Positions 39,842 through 50,452 are shown, counted from the stretch's first letter. The stretch is 64,000 nucleotides of DNA from Mycolicibacterium smegmatis (GCF_001457595.1 NZ_LN831039.1:1652729-1716728), one strand, 5' to 3'. The notes: generated by a model not told the origin, from the letters alone. A program made the numbers and translations.

Positions 39842-40519
39842 CTAAACCAGCCCCGCGATCAGGCCCGCTGCCTGCGGGATGAACGGCGAGCTCTCGTAAT
39901 GCGTGTGCGCGAACGGGTTCCGGCCGTCCGAACAGATCGGGTCGCCGTCGCTGCATGCGTCGATCGCGCGGCCGCCGAACCGGCTGGTGACCGGGATGCC
40001 GAACTTGGCCGACGGGTTGCCGAACACCGCGACGGCCGCGACGTTGTTCATGAGGTTGCTCGGCAGCGGCGGGGCGGAACCGAAGTTGCCCACCTTGTTG
40101 CCCAGGGGCGGGATCCCCAGCAGCATGTCGACCACGGCCGCGCCCTGCGAGTAGCCGCCCAGCACGACGCGTGTCGACGGGCACTGTTCGGCCAGCGTCG
40201 CGATGCGGTTGGTGGCGTCGTTGGCGCCGTCGGCCGCGGCCAGGAAGTCGTACGTGGCGGGGTAGTTCACGCCGTAGGTGCTGACCGTGCGGCCGCCGAC
40301 CTGATTGCGGATCGCATCGGTCAGCGCCTGGCCGACGCGGCCGATACCGGCGGGTTCACTCGTGCCGCGCGCGAACACCACCTCGATGTCGGAGCAGGGC
40401 TCTGCGGAGGCGACCGGGGCGGGGCCTGTGGCCAGCGCGGCACCGGCGCACAGGACTGCTGAGGCGAACGCGGCCAACCGGGCCGGCTTCCGGAGGGAAA
40501 TCACGATCGCCATCGTCAC
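39842..40519 (-). CDS. secreted cutinase-family serine esterase
   Basis: Signal peptide. VVFARGTSEPAGIGRVG. GYSQGA. Confidence 0.85.
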   Translation of the reverse strand: MTMAIVISLRKPARLAAFASAVLCAGAALATGPAPVASAEPCSDIEVVFARGTSEPAGIGRVGQALTDAIRNQVGGRTVSTYGVNYPATYDFLAAADGANDATNRIATLAEQCPSTRVVLGGYSQGAAVVDMLLGIPPLGNKVGNFGSAPPLPSNLMNNVAAVAVFGNPSAKFGIPVTSRFGGRAIDACSDGDPICSDGRNPFAHTHYESSPFIPQAAGLIAGLV

Positions 40520-40528
40520 ACAAAATGC

Positions 40529-41608
40529 TTAGCCGCGGCTAATCGTTTCGTCGAACGCCGTGCCGTGTGCTGGCGTTTCGGGCCAGCATGCGTCGCAGAT
40601 CTCGTCTGAGATGTCGTCTGAGATGTCGTCGGTGATCTGGTCGGCGCGCCGCTCGCTGCGGTCACCCTGGCGGGCCAGCGCGAGACCCAGCAGTACCACC
40701 GCACCGCCGACGGCCTGGATGGGCGTCATGGCCTCGCCAACCATGATCCACGCGATGATGACGGCGAACATCACCTCGGACAGGCCCACCAGCGAGGCGA
40801 ACCGGGGCTTGAGCCGCGCGATGCCGATGATCCCGAGCGTGTAGGCCAGCGCGGTGGGGATCAGCCCGAGTGCGATCACCGGAACCACCCACGAGGTCTC
40901 GAAGCCGCCGAGCTTCACGGGGTTGGTGGCGAAGGTCATGGGCATGATGCCGGTGGTGCCGATCGCCGCGACCGTGACGGCGCCGACGACCAGACCGCCC
41001 GCGGCCAGGCTGTACGGGTGCAGGCCGTCACCGTCGCTGTCGACATTGTTGGACATCATGAAGTAGCACGCCGCGCACACCGCCGCGGCCAGGCCGAAGC
41101 CCACGCCGACGAGGTTGATGTGCGCGCCGCTGAACACGTCGAGCACCAGCATGATGCCGATGACGGCCAGCGCGACGCCGCCGAAGGTGCCCGCGCTGGG
41201 GCGCCGCTTGGTGACGGCCCACACCCAGCCGACGACGAGGACCGGCGCGGTGTACTCCAGCAGCAGGGCCACACCGACCGACAGGTGCGCGACGGCGTTG
41301 TAGTAGAAGAACTGGGCGCCCGCGATCGGGATCAGCCCGTAGGCGATCACCGTGCGGGAGTGCTGCAGGGCCTCTTTGATCCAACCGGGACGGGCGAAGG
41401 TCGCGAAGATCGCCATGAGCAGCGCGCCGCCGGCCAGCCGTGCGGTCACCGCGGCCGTGGGGCTCCAGCCGGCCTCGATGAGAGCCTTGGCGAACGGTCC
41501 CGACGAGCCGAACGCGAGCGCCGAGCCGACCGCGAACAGCAGGCCGAGCCGGAACTGGTTCCCGGATGTGGTCGAATCGACGTGGGCAGGACTGGTCGCA
41601 GTGGCCAT
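40529..41608 (-). CDS. EamA/DMT-family transporter with an acidic repeat tail
   Basis: Ten TM segments and two EamA repeats. C-terminal DDISDDISDEI encoded by 12-nt tandem repeats. Confidence 0.8.
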   Translation of the reverse strand: MATATSPAHVDSTTSGNQFRLGLLFAVGSALAFGSSGPFAKALIEAGWSPTAAVTARLAGGALLMAIFATFARPGWIKEALQHSRTVIAYGLIPIAGAQFFYYNAVAHLSVGVALLLEYTAPVLVVGWVWAVTKRRPSAGTFGGVALAVIGIMLVLDVFSGAHINLVGVGFGLAAAVCAACYFMMSNNVDSDGDGLHPYSLAAGGLVVGAVTVAAIGTTGIMPMTFATNPVKLGGFETSWVVPVIALGLIPTALAYTLGIIGIARLKPRFASLVGLSEVMFAVIIAWIMVGEAMTPIQAVGGAVVLLGLALARQGDRSERRADQITDDISDDISDEICDACWPETPAHGTAFDETISRG

Positions 41609-41678
41609 CGGTACACCCCCTCAAGGCATGTCATGAGTAAAATTTGCTTTGGTCATGACGTTAGAGCGGAAGGGAGTC

Positions 41679-42239
41679 ATGAGTCAAACGATTTTCACTC
41701 ATGACACGGAGATCACACTCCGGGCTGCCGCCGAGCTGGTTAACAGTGACCGCGTCGACGGCGAGCAACTCGCCGACATGCAGTCCCTCGATGCGTACCT
41801 GGACCACTTCGGCTGGACCGGCCGGCGTGACCGCGACGACGCCGAACTGCAGTCTGTGCAACGCCTGCGCGATCGTCTCGGCGCGATCTGGACCGCCGCC
41901 GACGACGAGGAAGAGGCGGTCCGGTTGGTCAATGCACTGCTGAGCGAGACCAAGGCCTCACCGTGGCTGACCCGCCACCCCGAGATGCCCGATTGGCACC
42001 TGCACCTTGCGTCGGTGGACGACCCGCTGTGGCAGCGCATGGGCGCCGAGATCGCGATGGCGATCGCCGACGTGATCCGCGGCGGCGAACTGCGCCGGCT
42101 CAAGATCTGCGCGGCGCCGGACTGCGAGGCGGTGCTGACCGACCTGTCGAAGAACCGGTCCAAGCGGTTCTGCGACACCGGCAACTGCGGCAACCGTCAG
42201 CACGTCGCGGCCTACCGGCAGCGCCTGCGCGGGGAGTGA
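41679..42239 (+). CDS. ABATE-domain / CGNR zinc-finger protein
   Basis: C-terminal CAAPDCEAVLTDLSKNRSKRFCDTGNCGNRQHV (CGNR zinc finger). ATG 41679 with GAAGGGA RBS. The ORF track starts at 41649. Confidence 0.72.
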   Translation: MSQTIFTHDTEITLRAAAELVNSDRVDGEQLADMQSLDAYLDHFGWTGRRDRDDAELQSVQRLRDRLGAIWTAADDEEEAVRLVNALLSETKASPWLTRHPEMPDWHLHLASVDDPLWQRMGAEIAMAIADVIRGGELRRLKICAAPDCEAVLTDLSKNRSKRFCDTGNCGNRQHVAAYRQRLRGE

Positions 42240-42260
42240 CGGGTTCGGGATCCGGCCCGT

Positions 42261-42581
42261 TCAGGGCACGGCCATCTCCGCCATCTCCGACCAGTCCGTC
42301 GCCTCGATGGTCTGGCTGATGATCTGCGGCGCGGCCGCCAGGTAGGCCGGAGTTTCCTCGATGAACTTCTTAAAGTGCGCACTGGTGACGTGGGCGTGGC
42401 CGGCGCCGTCGCGGAATCCCTCGACCAGAACGTAGACCGCGGGATCGTCGAGACTGCGTGACCACTCGAACCACAGATTGCCCGGCTCGTCGCGTGTGGC
42501 GGCCGTGAACTCGGCGACCTTGTCGGGGAACGTCTCGGCGTACTCGGGCTTGGCGGTGAACTTGACGACGATGAAAATCAC
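42261..42581 (-). CDS. antibiotic-biosynthesis-monooxygenase (ABM) domain protein
   Basis: GTG 42581 preceded by AGGAGG. Ferredoxin-like ABM fold (FIVVKFTAKPEYAETF ... YVLVEGFRDGAGHAHVTSAHF). Confidence 0.72.
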   Translation of the reverse strand: MIFIVVKFTAKPEYAETFPDKVAEFTAATRDEPGNLWFEWSRSLDDPAVYVLVEGFRDGAGHAHVTSAHFKKFIEETPAYLAAAPQIISQTIEATDWSEMAEMAVP

Positions 42582-42718
42582 GGGTGCCTCCTGATCGTGG
42601 ATCACCCGGAGTAACGGTGCGGCCGCCAGGTGGGTTCTGATGGGTTTCGTTCACAGCACGGTGAAAACGCTGCGCCGAGCACCGCATGGACCGGGTTAGG
42701 GTCAGATCCGGGGGACAT

Positions 42719-44095
42719 ATGGCACGGCAACCGGTTACGCGCCTTGAGCGCAGCGGGCGGCGCTTCTTGATTCGGCGGACCATGCATGCGTTGGTGCGCG
42801 GCGACGCCAGGATGATCGACGATCCGCTACGCGCGCAATCGGTTTCATTCGCCGCGGGATGCATCGTGACGGTGCTCGCCGCGGTGGTGTCCGCGGTGCT
42901 GGCCCTCGTTCGCCCCGGTGACACCCTGAGCGACGCGCCGATCCTGCTGGCGCGGAACTCGGGTGCGTTGCACGTGCGCATCGGCGACACCGTGCATCCG
43001 GTGCTCAATCTGGCTTCGGCGCGGCTGATCGTGCAGAACCCGGCCGACCCCGTCCTGGTCGACGATGCCGCGATCGACGCCGCGCCGCGGGGCCCACTGG
43101 TCGGCATCCCCGGCGCACCTGCCCGCATCCACCCGCCGCTGAGCGCAGACGAGATCACGTGGGCCCTGTGCGAGGATCTCGCGTCGGAGTCCACCACGCT
43201 GATCGCGGGCCGCTCGGGGCTGGCGCCCCTGCGGCCCGGCCGGGCGGTGCCGGTCGCCGCGCGCGGTGCGGTGACGACGTACCTCCTGTTCGACGGCCGC
43301 AAGGCCCAGGTGGATCTGCGTGAGGGCGCCGTGGTGCGCGCATTACGACTGGAAGACGTTACACCGGTGCCGGTTTCACCCACACTGCTCGACAGTGTGC
43401 CGGAGGCTCCTGCCGTCCGCGCGCCCATGATCCCGGATGTGGGCGCGCCGGGGCCGCCCGCGGTGAACGGCCTGCCCGTCGGATCCGTGGTGCGCGTATC
43501 GCGTGCGGTGCCCGACGACTCCGCGCGCGGCGAGGAATTCTTCGTCGTGCTCACGGGTGGTCTGCAACGCGTCGACCGTGTGGTCGCCGACCTCATCCGG
43601 TTCACCTATCCGCAACCCGACGGCGAACCGCCGCTGCTCGCGGCCGACGTGATCGCCGGGGTTCCGCACGTCGAAACCGTGGCCATACCCGCGGTGCCGC
43701 ACGGACTGTCCCAGCGCACCCGCGTGCTGTGCGCGGCCTGGGACCCGCGCGGCAACCAGACCGCGCTGCTCTTCGGCGAGGCCGTCAGGGGTGCGACACT
43801 CGAACTGGCGCAGTCGGATTCCGCAGGACCCAACATCGACAACATCGGAGTGCCCGCCGGACGAAGCGTGTTGGTCGAGGCCACCGGGCTCGCCGGCGGG
43901 CGCGGTCCGCTGTATCTGCTCACCGATCACGGTGTGCTGCACGGCATCCAGGATGCCGACGCGGCCCGGCATCTCGGTCTCACCGGTCCCGCCGTACCGG
44001 CGCCCTGGGCAATGCTGGCGATGTTGCCCCGCGGCCCCGAACTCAGCAGTGCGGCAGCGTCAGTCGCCCGTGATGCCCTGCCGTCCACGTCGTGA
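42719..44095 (+). CDS. eccB4: ESX-4 type VII secretion system protein EccB
   Basis: N-terminus RLERSGRRFLIRRTMHALVRGDARMIDDPLRAQ followed by a TM segment, as in EccB. Synteny with cutinases, truA and rplQ mirrors M. tuberculosis Rv3450c. Confidence 0.85.
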   Translation: MARQPVTRLERSGRRFLIRRTMHALVRGDARMIDDPLRAQSVSFAAGCIVTVLAAVVSAVLALVRPGDTLSDAPILLARNSGALHVRIGDTVHPVLNLASARLIVQNPADPVLVDDAAIDAAPRGPLVGIPGAPARIHPPLSADEITWALCEDLASESTTLIAGRSGLAPLRPGRAVPVAARGAVTTYLLFDGRKAQVDLREGAVVRALRLEDVTPVPVSPTLLDSVPEAPAVRAPMIPDVGAPGPPAVNGLPVGSVVRVSRAVPDDSARGEEFFVVLTGGLQRVDRVVADLIRFTYPQPDGEPPLLAADVIAGVPHVETVAIPAVPHGLSQRTRVLCAAWDPRGNQTALLFGEAVRGATLELAQSDSAGPNIDNIGVPAGRSVLVEATGLAGGRGPLYLLTDHGVLHGIQDADAARHLGLTGPAVPAPWAMLAMLPRGPELSSAAASVARDALPSTS

Positions 44096-45385
44096 CAGCA
44101 TGACCGTCGCCAGTGCCACCGCGACGCACAACGCGCCGCCGCCGAACGCGATCCGGCGTGGCCCGGTGTCCTCGGGAGACGGTGCGGGCGGCGCGACCAT
44201 CGCGGTGTTGCGCGCAGGAGGCGCGAGGGCAGGCGCGTCGCCGCTGACCGCGGCAAGCGGGTCGACCACACCGCTGCCCACCGCGGCATCCCATCCACGC
44301 GGTGGGCGTACCGCGGTCGCCTCGATGCGGCGCATCACCTCCCGTGCGCTGAGGTGGGGAAACCGCGACCGCACGAGGGCGGCGACACCCGCCACGAACG
44401 GCGCGGCGTAGCTGGTGCCCGAGATCGGTTTGTCCGGACCCAGACTCGCGATGAGTCCGTCGCCGTCCGGATGCAGCGACACCACCTGTTCGCCGGGCGC
44501 TGCGATGTCGACCCACGGACCGGCCAGGCTGAAACTCGATGCGGTGCCGTCCGCCGCCACCGACCCGACACACAGCACCAGATCGTCGTACCATCCTGGG
44601 CTGGTCACCGACTGCACGTCGTCCCACCCCGGTGCGTCGAGCGGATTCTGGTGACGGCACTGCCGGGCCCCGACGTTGCCCGCCGCGGCGACCACCACGA
44701 CGTTCTTGACGTCGACCGCATACGCCAGCGCCGCGCCGAGCGGGCGATCGTCGAATCCGGCATCGGCCGTATCGGTGTCAGGATCGGCGTCGACGCAGGC
44801 GACCGACGAGATGTTGATGACCGTCGCACCGAGATCCGCCGCGGTGCGCACGGCCTTCGCCAGTGTTCCCACGTCGCCCACACCCGAACCGCCCGCGTCA
44901 TCGGCAAACCGGTTGCTGGACTGGCGGATCGCGAGAATGGTCGCCTCGGGCGCGACACCGCTGAAACCGTCAGGTGTCGCCGCCCCGCCGATGATGCCCG
45001 CCACGATCGTGCCGTGGCCATCGCAGTCTGCGGTGCCGTCGCCGTTCGAGACGTAATCGCCGCCGCCGACGAGCCGGGGTAGCCACCGGTGGCGTGCGAC
45101 ACCGGTGTCGATCACCGCGACAACCTGACCCCGACCACGCGTCAGACGCCACACCGGTTCCAGAGCTGGTGACGATGAACGGGTTTCGTCGTCGTCGCGG
45201 CCTCGGTTGTCGAAGCACGGGCGGCGCTGCTCGGTCGGATGTGGTGGGGCCGGCGGTGCCGCAGGAGGCAGATACGCGTCGTCGACGGTGGGCGGGGTGA
45301 CCGCGGCGGCCGGTGGCGCCGGCACGAGGGTTAGTGACACCACGGCAACGGTCATGAGCGTCGCGGTGACGCGTTGCGCGACCAT
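44060..45385 (-). CDS. mycP4: mycosin (subtilisin-like serine protease) MycP
   Basis: Signal peptide. Subtilase triad contexts VAVIDTGV, DCDGHGT, GTSYAAP. C-terminal TM anchor. ATG 45385 overlaps the eccD stop (ATGA). Confidence 0.85.
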   Translation of the reverse strand: MVAQRVTATLMTVAVVSLTLVPAPPAAAVTPPTVDDAYLPPAAPPAPPHPTEQRRPCFDNRGRDDDETRSSSPALEPVWRLTRGRGQVVAVIDTGVARHRWLPRLVGGGDYVSNGDGTADCDGHGTIVAGIIGGAATPDGFSGVAPEATILAIRQSSNRFADDAGGSGVGDVGTLAKAVRTAADLGATVINISSVACVDADPDTDTADAGFDDRPLGAALAYAVDVKNVVVVAAAGNVGARQCRHQNPLDAPGWDDVQSVTSPGWYDDLVLCVGSVAADGTASSFSLAGPWVDIAAPGEQVVSLHPDGDGLIASLGPDKPISGTSYAAPFVAGVAALVRSRFPHLSAREVMRRIEATAVRPPRGWDAAVGSGVVDPLAAVSGDAPALAPPARNTAMVAPPAPSPEDTGPRRIAFGGGALCVAVALATVMLSRRGRQGITGD

Positions 45386-46695
45386 CACATCCCGAACCCG
45401 CGCACCACGTCGAAAATGCCCGCGAGCCAGCACGCGAGCGGTGCCACAGCAGCCAGCGCCACGTACTCCGCGGCGTCGGCGATGCGGAGAATGCCCGCGT
45501 TTGTCAGCGACGCCGGGCCCAGTGAACACATTGCCGCCAGCCCGACGGCGACCGCCGCCGCACCCACCCAGTTCCCGTACTGCGGGGACCACGCCACCAC
45601 GAGGACGAACATGGCGGTCAGCGCGCAGAACCCGGTGACCCCCAGCGCTGTTCGGCATCGCCCCGAGGCGTGGCTGCGCCCACGTGACAACAGCGCCAGA
45701 CCGATCGCCGCATCGAACGCGATCGCCGCGAACGTCACGGATCCGTACCCGCCGGCCGCGACCGACACCGCTCCGAGGGCCGCGGCCGCGGAAGCTCCCG
45801 CGACCAGTCCACACAGGATCCGGTGCCCCCGCGCGGCAACGACGTCCACGTCACCCGCCGGGGACGCCTCGCCGGGTGTCAGACCCGCGAGGATGATCGA
45901 CATGCGCGGCGACAGCGACAACGCCGCGATACCGAGCGCGCCCAGACACGCGCCGAACGCCTGTACATCGAGCGGGAACAGGGCAGCCACCGCGGCGCCG
46001 ATCCCGGCGATGATCGCGAACGCGACGACGGCGTGCATGGTCTCGACCGACCCGTCGGTGAGTCGCAACAGCACCACACCCAGCGATGCCGCCGCGGCCG
46101 CGGCCAGAAACACATTGCCGGGACCCGAATCTGAGGGCACCGCCACGAAACCGAGGATCGCCACCGACGCGACCGCGAGGCTCTGCACGGACGTGGCGGC
46201 CGCCGCGGTGAGGGCCAGACGGCGTGACGCGAACGCGACCGCGGTGACGGCGACGGCCACCACCGCCGCGACGATCACCCGCGTCGGGCCGCCGGTCCCG
46301 ATTCCGGCGCACAGCACCGCGGCCATCCCCACCGCACATGTCCACAGGCCGGCGAACATGCGCGACGTGGGCGGCGGCGTAGGCGTGGGCGCCGCGGCGG
46401 TCAGGGCATGGATCAGCCCGTAGGACCTGGGCGCCACCGGCACCCGCGCGGTCAGCACCAGCACGGCACCGTCGTGGACCTCGTTCTGCGCCAGCGTCAT
46501 CGACTCGTCGAGCGGCGCGCCGCCCGGTGGCGCCAGATACCAGCGCCTCGGCAGATCGCCCGGTGCGCCGACGGCGGCGACGATCGACGGCAGCAGCTGG
46601 CCAACGGTCATGGCAGCGGGCAGCACGAGGTCCGCGGCGCTCGCGTGATCGGCCGCCGTGCAATGGATCGATACCCGGTACAACGATTCCGGCAT
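45385..46695 (-). CDS. eccD4: ESX-4 membrane channel protein EccD
   Basis: N-terminal ubiquitin-like domain (MPESLYRVSIHCTAADHASAADLVLPAAMTVGQLL) plus 11 TM segments. ATG 46695 with G-rich RBS. The ORF track starts at 47007. Confidence 0.8.
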   Translation of the reverse strand: MPESLYRVSIHCTAADHASAADLVLPAAMTVGQLLPSIVAAVGAPGDLPRRWYLAPPGGAPLDESMTLAQNEVHDGAVLVLTARVPVAPRSYGLIHALTAAAPTPTPPPTSRMFAGLWTCAVGMAAVLCAGIGTGGPTRVIVAAVVAVAVTAVAFASRRLALTAAAATSVQSLAVASVAILGFVAVPSDSGPGNVFLAAAAAASLGVVLLRLTDGSVETMHAVVAFAIIAGIGAAVAALFPLDVQAFGACLGALGIAALSLSPRMSIILAGLTPGEASPAGDVDVVAARGHRILCGLVAGASAAAALGAVSVAAGGYGSVTFAAIAFDAAIGLALLSRGRSHASGRCRTALGVTGFCALTAMFVLVVAWSPQYGNWVGAAAVAVGLAAMCSLGPASLTNAGILRIADAAEYVALAAVAPLACWLAGIFDVVRGFGM

Positions 46696-46816
46696 CACAT
46701 CACCCCCCGGTCGACGCCAGTGCATTTCACGGTAACCGAGCACGCAGCGGAGCAAGCGCACGAATTTTGTGTTGTGGAAATGGAACTGACGGCGCCTCGC
46801 GTGCGTCCAAACGTTG

Positions 46817-49800
46817 ATGGAGAAAACCGGCCGATCAGATGCTGGCACCGGTGAAGTGCTCATCGATGCCCCACCGGAGGTTCCGCGCGCGACACCGGTG
46901 CCCGTGGTGACGCGCGTGCTTCCCGTGGTGCTCGTGGTCGCCATGGTGGGAATGATGGTGGTGTACTTCCGGTCCGGTGTGGCCACCGGCCGTGGGCCCG
47001 CGGTCATGTTCTTCCCGGTGATGATGGCGATGTCGGTGCTCGCGACGCTGGCGTACAGCCTGCGGGGGAACGGCGGAAGCGCCGAACTCGAACGTGACCG
47101 GCGCGAATACCTGCGTTACCTCGACGGTCTCGACGTCCTCGCCGCCGAGACCGCATGCGCGCAGTGGCAGATGTTGCACGACACCTTCCCGGAGCCCGCG
47201 GTGCTGTGGATGCTCGTCGACAGTGACCGGCGTTGGGAACGCGACACCGGACATCGGCACTTCCTGGAGGTCCGCATCGGTATGGGGACGCGTCCCCTGC
47301 AGACCCGGCTCGTGGCACCGGAATCGACCGGCGGCGCCGAACGGGACCCGGTCACCGTCGAAGCGCTGGAAGCCCTGCTGCGCGCGCGATCGACGGTCGA
47401 CGACGTCCCAGTCACCGTGCGACTCGGCGGCCACTACCGGTTGACCGGGCCGGACGAACAGGTCGGCGGCCTGGTGCGGGCGGTGCTGTGCCAATTGGCC
47501 ACCTGGCACAGCCCCCGCGACGTCAAGATCGCCGCAGCCCTGCACGCCGACGACCGATGGGACTGGCTGAAGTGGCTGCCGCACCACACGAACGCGCCAT
47601 ACGACGGCGCCGCACACCTGGTGATCGTGGCCGACTCGCCGGTGAGCGATACGCTCCCCGACGGCGCCACGGTGCTCGGCCTGGGATCGGACGCCACGGA
47701 CGCTTCGGCCACCCGCATCGACGTCGAGCACGACGAGGTGCGCATCGCAACCGTCAGCGCCCGGCCCGACACCATGACGACCGAGCAGGCACTGGCATGC
47801 GCGCGTCGCCTGGCACGATACCGAGCAGAGGCGGCATCGGCGCGGCGATCGGACTGGGCCAACCTGCTCGGTGTCGACGACATCTCACACCTCGACATCG
47901 AGCGAGTGTGGCAGAACCTGGATCCCCGACAGCGCCTGCGCGTTCCGATCGGTATCTCCGACCACGAAGTCCGCGTCGACCTGGACCTCAACGAGGCCGC
48001 GCGGGGCGGCAGCGGACCCCACGGCCTGTGCATAGGGGCCACCGGATCGGGAAAGTCCGAGTTCCTCCGTACCCTCGTGCTCGGCCTGATTACCACCCAT
48101 TCACCCGATGCGCTCAACCTCGTGCTCGTCGACTTCAAGGGCGGCGCGACGTTCCTCGGCCTGGCGTCCGCACCACACATCAGCGCGCTGATCACCAACC
48201 TGTCGGACGAGGCGGCCATGGTGGCCCGGATGGCAGACGCGCTGGCCGGGGAGATGACGCGCAGGCAGGAACTGTTGCGTGCGGCCAACGTCGGCAGCGC
48301 CGCGGAGTACACACGCACGGACGGACGGCCACCCCTGCCGACATTGCTGGTGGTGGTCGACGAATTCTCCGAACTGCTCCATCAACAACCCGATTTCGCT
48401 GACCTGTTCGTCGCGATCGGCAGGCTCGGTCGCTCCCTCGGGATCCATCTGCTGCTGGCCAGCCAACGCCTCGACGAGGGCAGGCTGCGTGGCCTGGAAT
48501 CGCACCTGTCCTACCGGATCTGTCTGAAGACCTTCTCGGCCGCCGAATCACGCGCCGTGCTCGGCGTCGCGGATGCCCACGATCTGCCGAACACACCGGG
48601 TGCGGCGTACCTGAAGACGCCGTCGGGCGAGATCACCCGATTCCAAACGGCTTTCGTGTCGGGACGGTATGACGTTGCGCCGGTGGACCGGCCCGATCAC
48701 CGGGTGCGGCCGTTCACCGCGCGGCCACCCGCAGACCAGCTGTGCCGTTCCTCCACGCAGACCACGCTGGAGGCCACGGTGGCGCGGCTTCTCGGCCACG
48801 GCACACCCGCGCACCGTGTCTGGTTGTCACCCCTGCCTCGGGCGATACCGCTCAGCGACGTGCTCATGGCCGATCCCGAACCGCTCACGGCGGCGATCGG
48901 TCTGGTCGACCGCCCGTTCGAGCAGCGTCGCGACCGCCTGCTGGTCGATTTGTCCGGCGCGGCAGGCAACGTCGTGATCGTCGGCGGTCCGCAATCCGGG
49001 AAATCCACAGCCGCACGGACATTGATGGTGGCGCTGTCGGCCACCCACGACCCGGCCGATGTGCAGATGTACGGCCTGGACCTCGGTGGGGGCGCGCTCT
49101 GCGCGCTCACCGCGCTGCCGCACGTCGGTGCGGTCGCCGGGCGTCGCGACACCGACCTGGCACGACGCATCGTCACACAACTGCACGACGTGATCCGGGC
49201 GCGGGAGCGGACATTCGAGGTTCTGGGCGTGGACTCCATGGCCGACTACCGTGCGCGCCGCGCCGCGGGAGAGTGCCGTGACGATCCCTACGGTGACGTG
49301 TTCCTGGTGGTCGACGGATGGTCCACCCTGCGTACCGAGTTCGAGTCCCTCGAGAGCACCATCACGACACTGGCCGGCCAGGGACTGTCCTACGGTGTGC
49401 ACGTCGTGGTGACCGCGGCGCGCTGGGCCGAACTACGCCCTGCACTCAAGGATCAACTCGGCACGCGCATCGAGTTGCGACTCGGCGACCCCGCGGAATC
49501 CGAGATGGACCGCCGACGGGCCCGCCACATCAGCCCTCTTCCCGGACGTGGCCTGACCCGCGACGGCCACGAACTGCTCATCGCGCTGCCGCGTCTGGAC
49601 GGAACGGCCGACGAGCGCGGCCTGGCTGCGGCACTGACCCGCGTCGGCGAGGTCCTGCACACCCAGCACACGGGCGCGCACGCGCCGCGTGTTCGTCTGC
49701 TGCCGCGGCACGTAGCCGGTGACGATCTGGTGGGGCTTGGCGGTGACCGGCCTGCCACGCAGGTCGTGTTGGGCATCGGTGACGCCGAATTGGCTCCGGT

Positions 49801-50452
49801 GGCAGTCGACTTCGCCGAACAGTCCGATCTGGTCATCCTCGGTGACGCGGGATGCGGAAAGTCGACCACTCTGCGCGCACTGTGTGATCGCCTCGTCCGC
49901 ACCAACGATCCCTCCGCGGTCCAGTTGCTCGTGGTCGACTACCGGCGGGAGATGCTCGACGCGGTCGGATCCGGTCATCTGCGCGGATACGCGGTGTCCG
50001 CCGGCGCACTGGAGACCGCGGTCGCCGACCTGATACGGACTCTTCGCGAGCGCATGCCCGGCCCCGACATCACACCGCGGCAACTGCGCGAGCGCACCTG
50101 GTGGACCGGCCCCGAACTCTATGTCGTGGTCGACGACTACGACCTGGTCGCGGCCGGAGCGGGCAATCCACTGACGTCTCTGCTCGACTTCGTGCCCCAC
50201 GCACGCGATCTCGGGTTGCACCTCGTGATCGCCCGCCGCTCCGGGGGCGCTGCGCGCGCCATGTTCGATCCCGTCCTGTCGCGGCTCAAGGAACTGGGCT
50301 GCATGGGCCTGATGATGAGCGCATCCCCGGACGAAGGTGTGCTGCTGGGACCGGTGCGCCCGAGACCGCTACCACCGGGACGGGGGACCCTGCTCACCCG
50401 CGCCGGGCCCGAACAGTTGATCCAGGTGGCACTGCCGTGCGACGTGTCGTGA
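46817..50452 (+). CDS. eccC4: ESX-4 FtsK/SpoIIIE-family ATPase EccC
   Basis: Two N-terminal TM segments. Three P-loop ATPase domains (GATGSGKS, GGPQSGKS, GDAGCGKS). About 1210 aa. Divergent from eccD4. Confidence 0.9.
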   Translation: MEKTGRSDAGTGEVLIDAPPEVPRATPVPVVTRVLPVVLVVAMVGMMVVYFRSGVATGRGPAVMFFPVMMAMSVLATLAYSLRGNGGSAELERDRREYLRYLDGLDVLAAETACAQWQMLHDTFPEPAVLWMLVDSDRRWERDTGHRHFLEVRIGMGTRPLQTRLVAPESTGGAERDPVTVEALEALLRARSTVDDVPVTVRLGGHYRLTGPDEQVGGLVRAVLCQLATWHSPRDVKIAAALHADDRWDWLKWLPHHTNAPYDGAAHLVIVADSPVSDTLPDGATVLGLGSDATDASATRIDVEHDEVRIATVSARPDTMTTEQALACARRLARYRAEAASARRSDWANLLGVDDISHLDIERVWQNLDPRQRLRVPIGISDHEVRVDLDLNEAARGGSGPHGLCIGATGSGKSEFLRTLVLGLITTHSPDALNLVLVDFKGGATFLGLASAPHISALITNLSDEAAMVARMADALAGEMTRRQELLRAANVGSAAEYTRTDGRPPLPTLLVVVDEFSELLHQQPDFADLFVAIGRLGRSLGIHLLLASQRLDEGRLRGLESHLSYRICLKTFSAAESRAVLGVADAHDLPNTPGAAYLKTPSGEITRFQTAFVSGRYDVAPVDRPDHRVRPFTARPPADQLCRSSTQTTLEATVARLLGHGTPAHRVWLSPLPRAIPLSDVLMADPEPLTAAIGLVDRPFEQRRDRLLVDLSGAAGNVVIVGGPQSGKSTAARTLMVALSATHDPADVQMYGLDLGGGALCALTALPHVGAVAGRRDTDLARRIVTQLHDVIRARERTFEVLGVDSMADYRARRAAGECRDDPYGDVFLVVDGWSTLRTEFESLESTITTLAGQGLSYGVHVVVTAARWAELRPALKDQLGTRIELRLGDPAESEMDRRRARHISPLPGRGLTRDGHELLIALPRLDGTADERGLAAALTRVGEVLHTQHTGAHAPRVRLLPRHVAGDDLVGLGGDRPATQVVLGIGDAELAPVAVDFAEQSDLVILGDAGCGKSTTLRALCDRLVRTNDPSAVQLLVVDYRREMLDAVGSGHLRGYAVSAGALETAVADLIRTLRERMPGPDITPRQLRERTWWTGPELYVVVDDYDLVAAGAGNPLTSLLDFVPHARDLGLHLVIARRSGGAARAMFDPVLSRLKELGCMGLMMSASPDEGVLLGPVRPRPLPPGRGTLLTRAGPEQLIQVALPCDVS

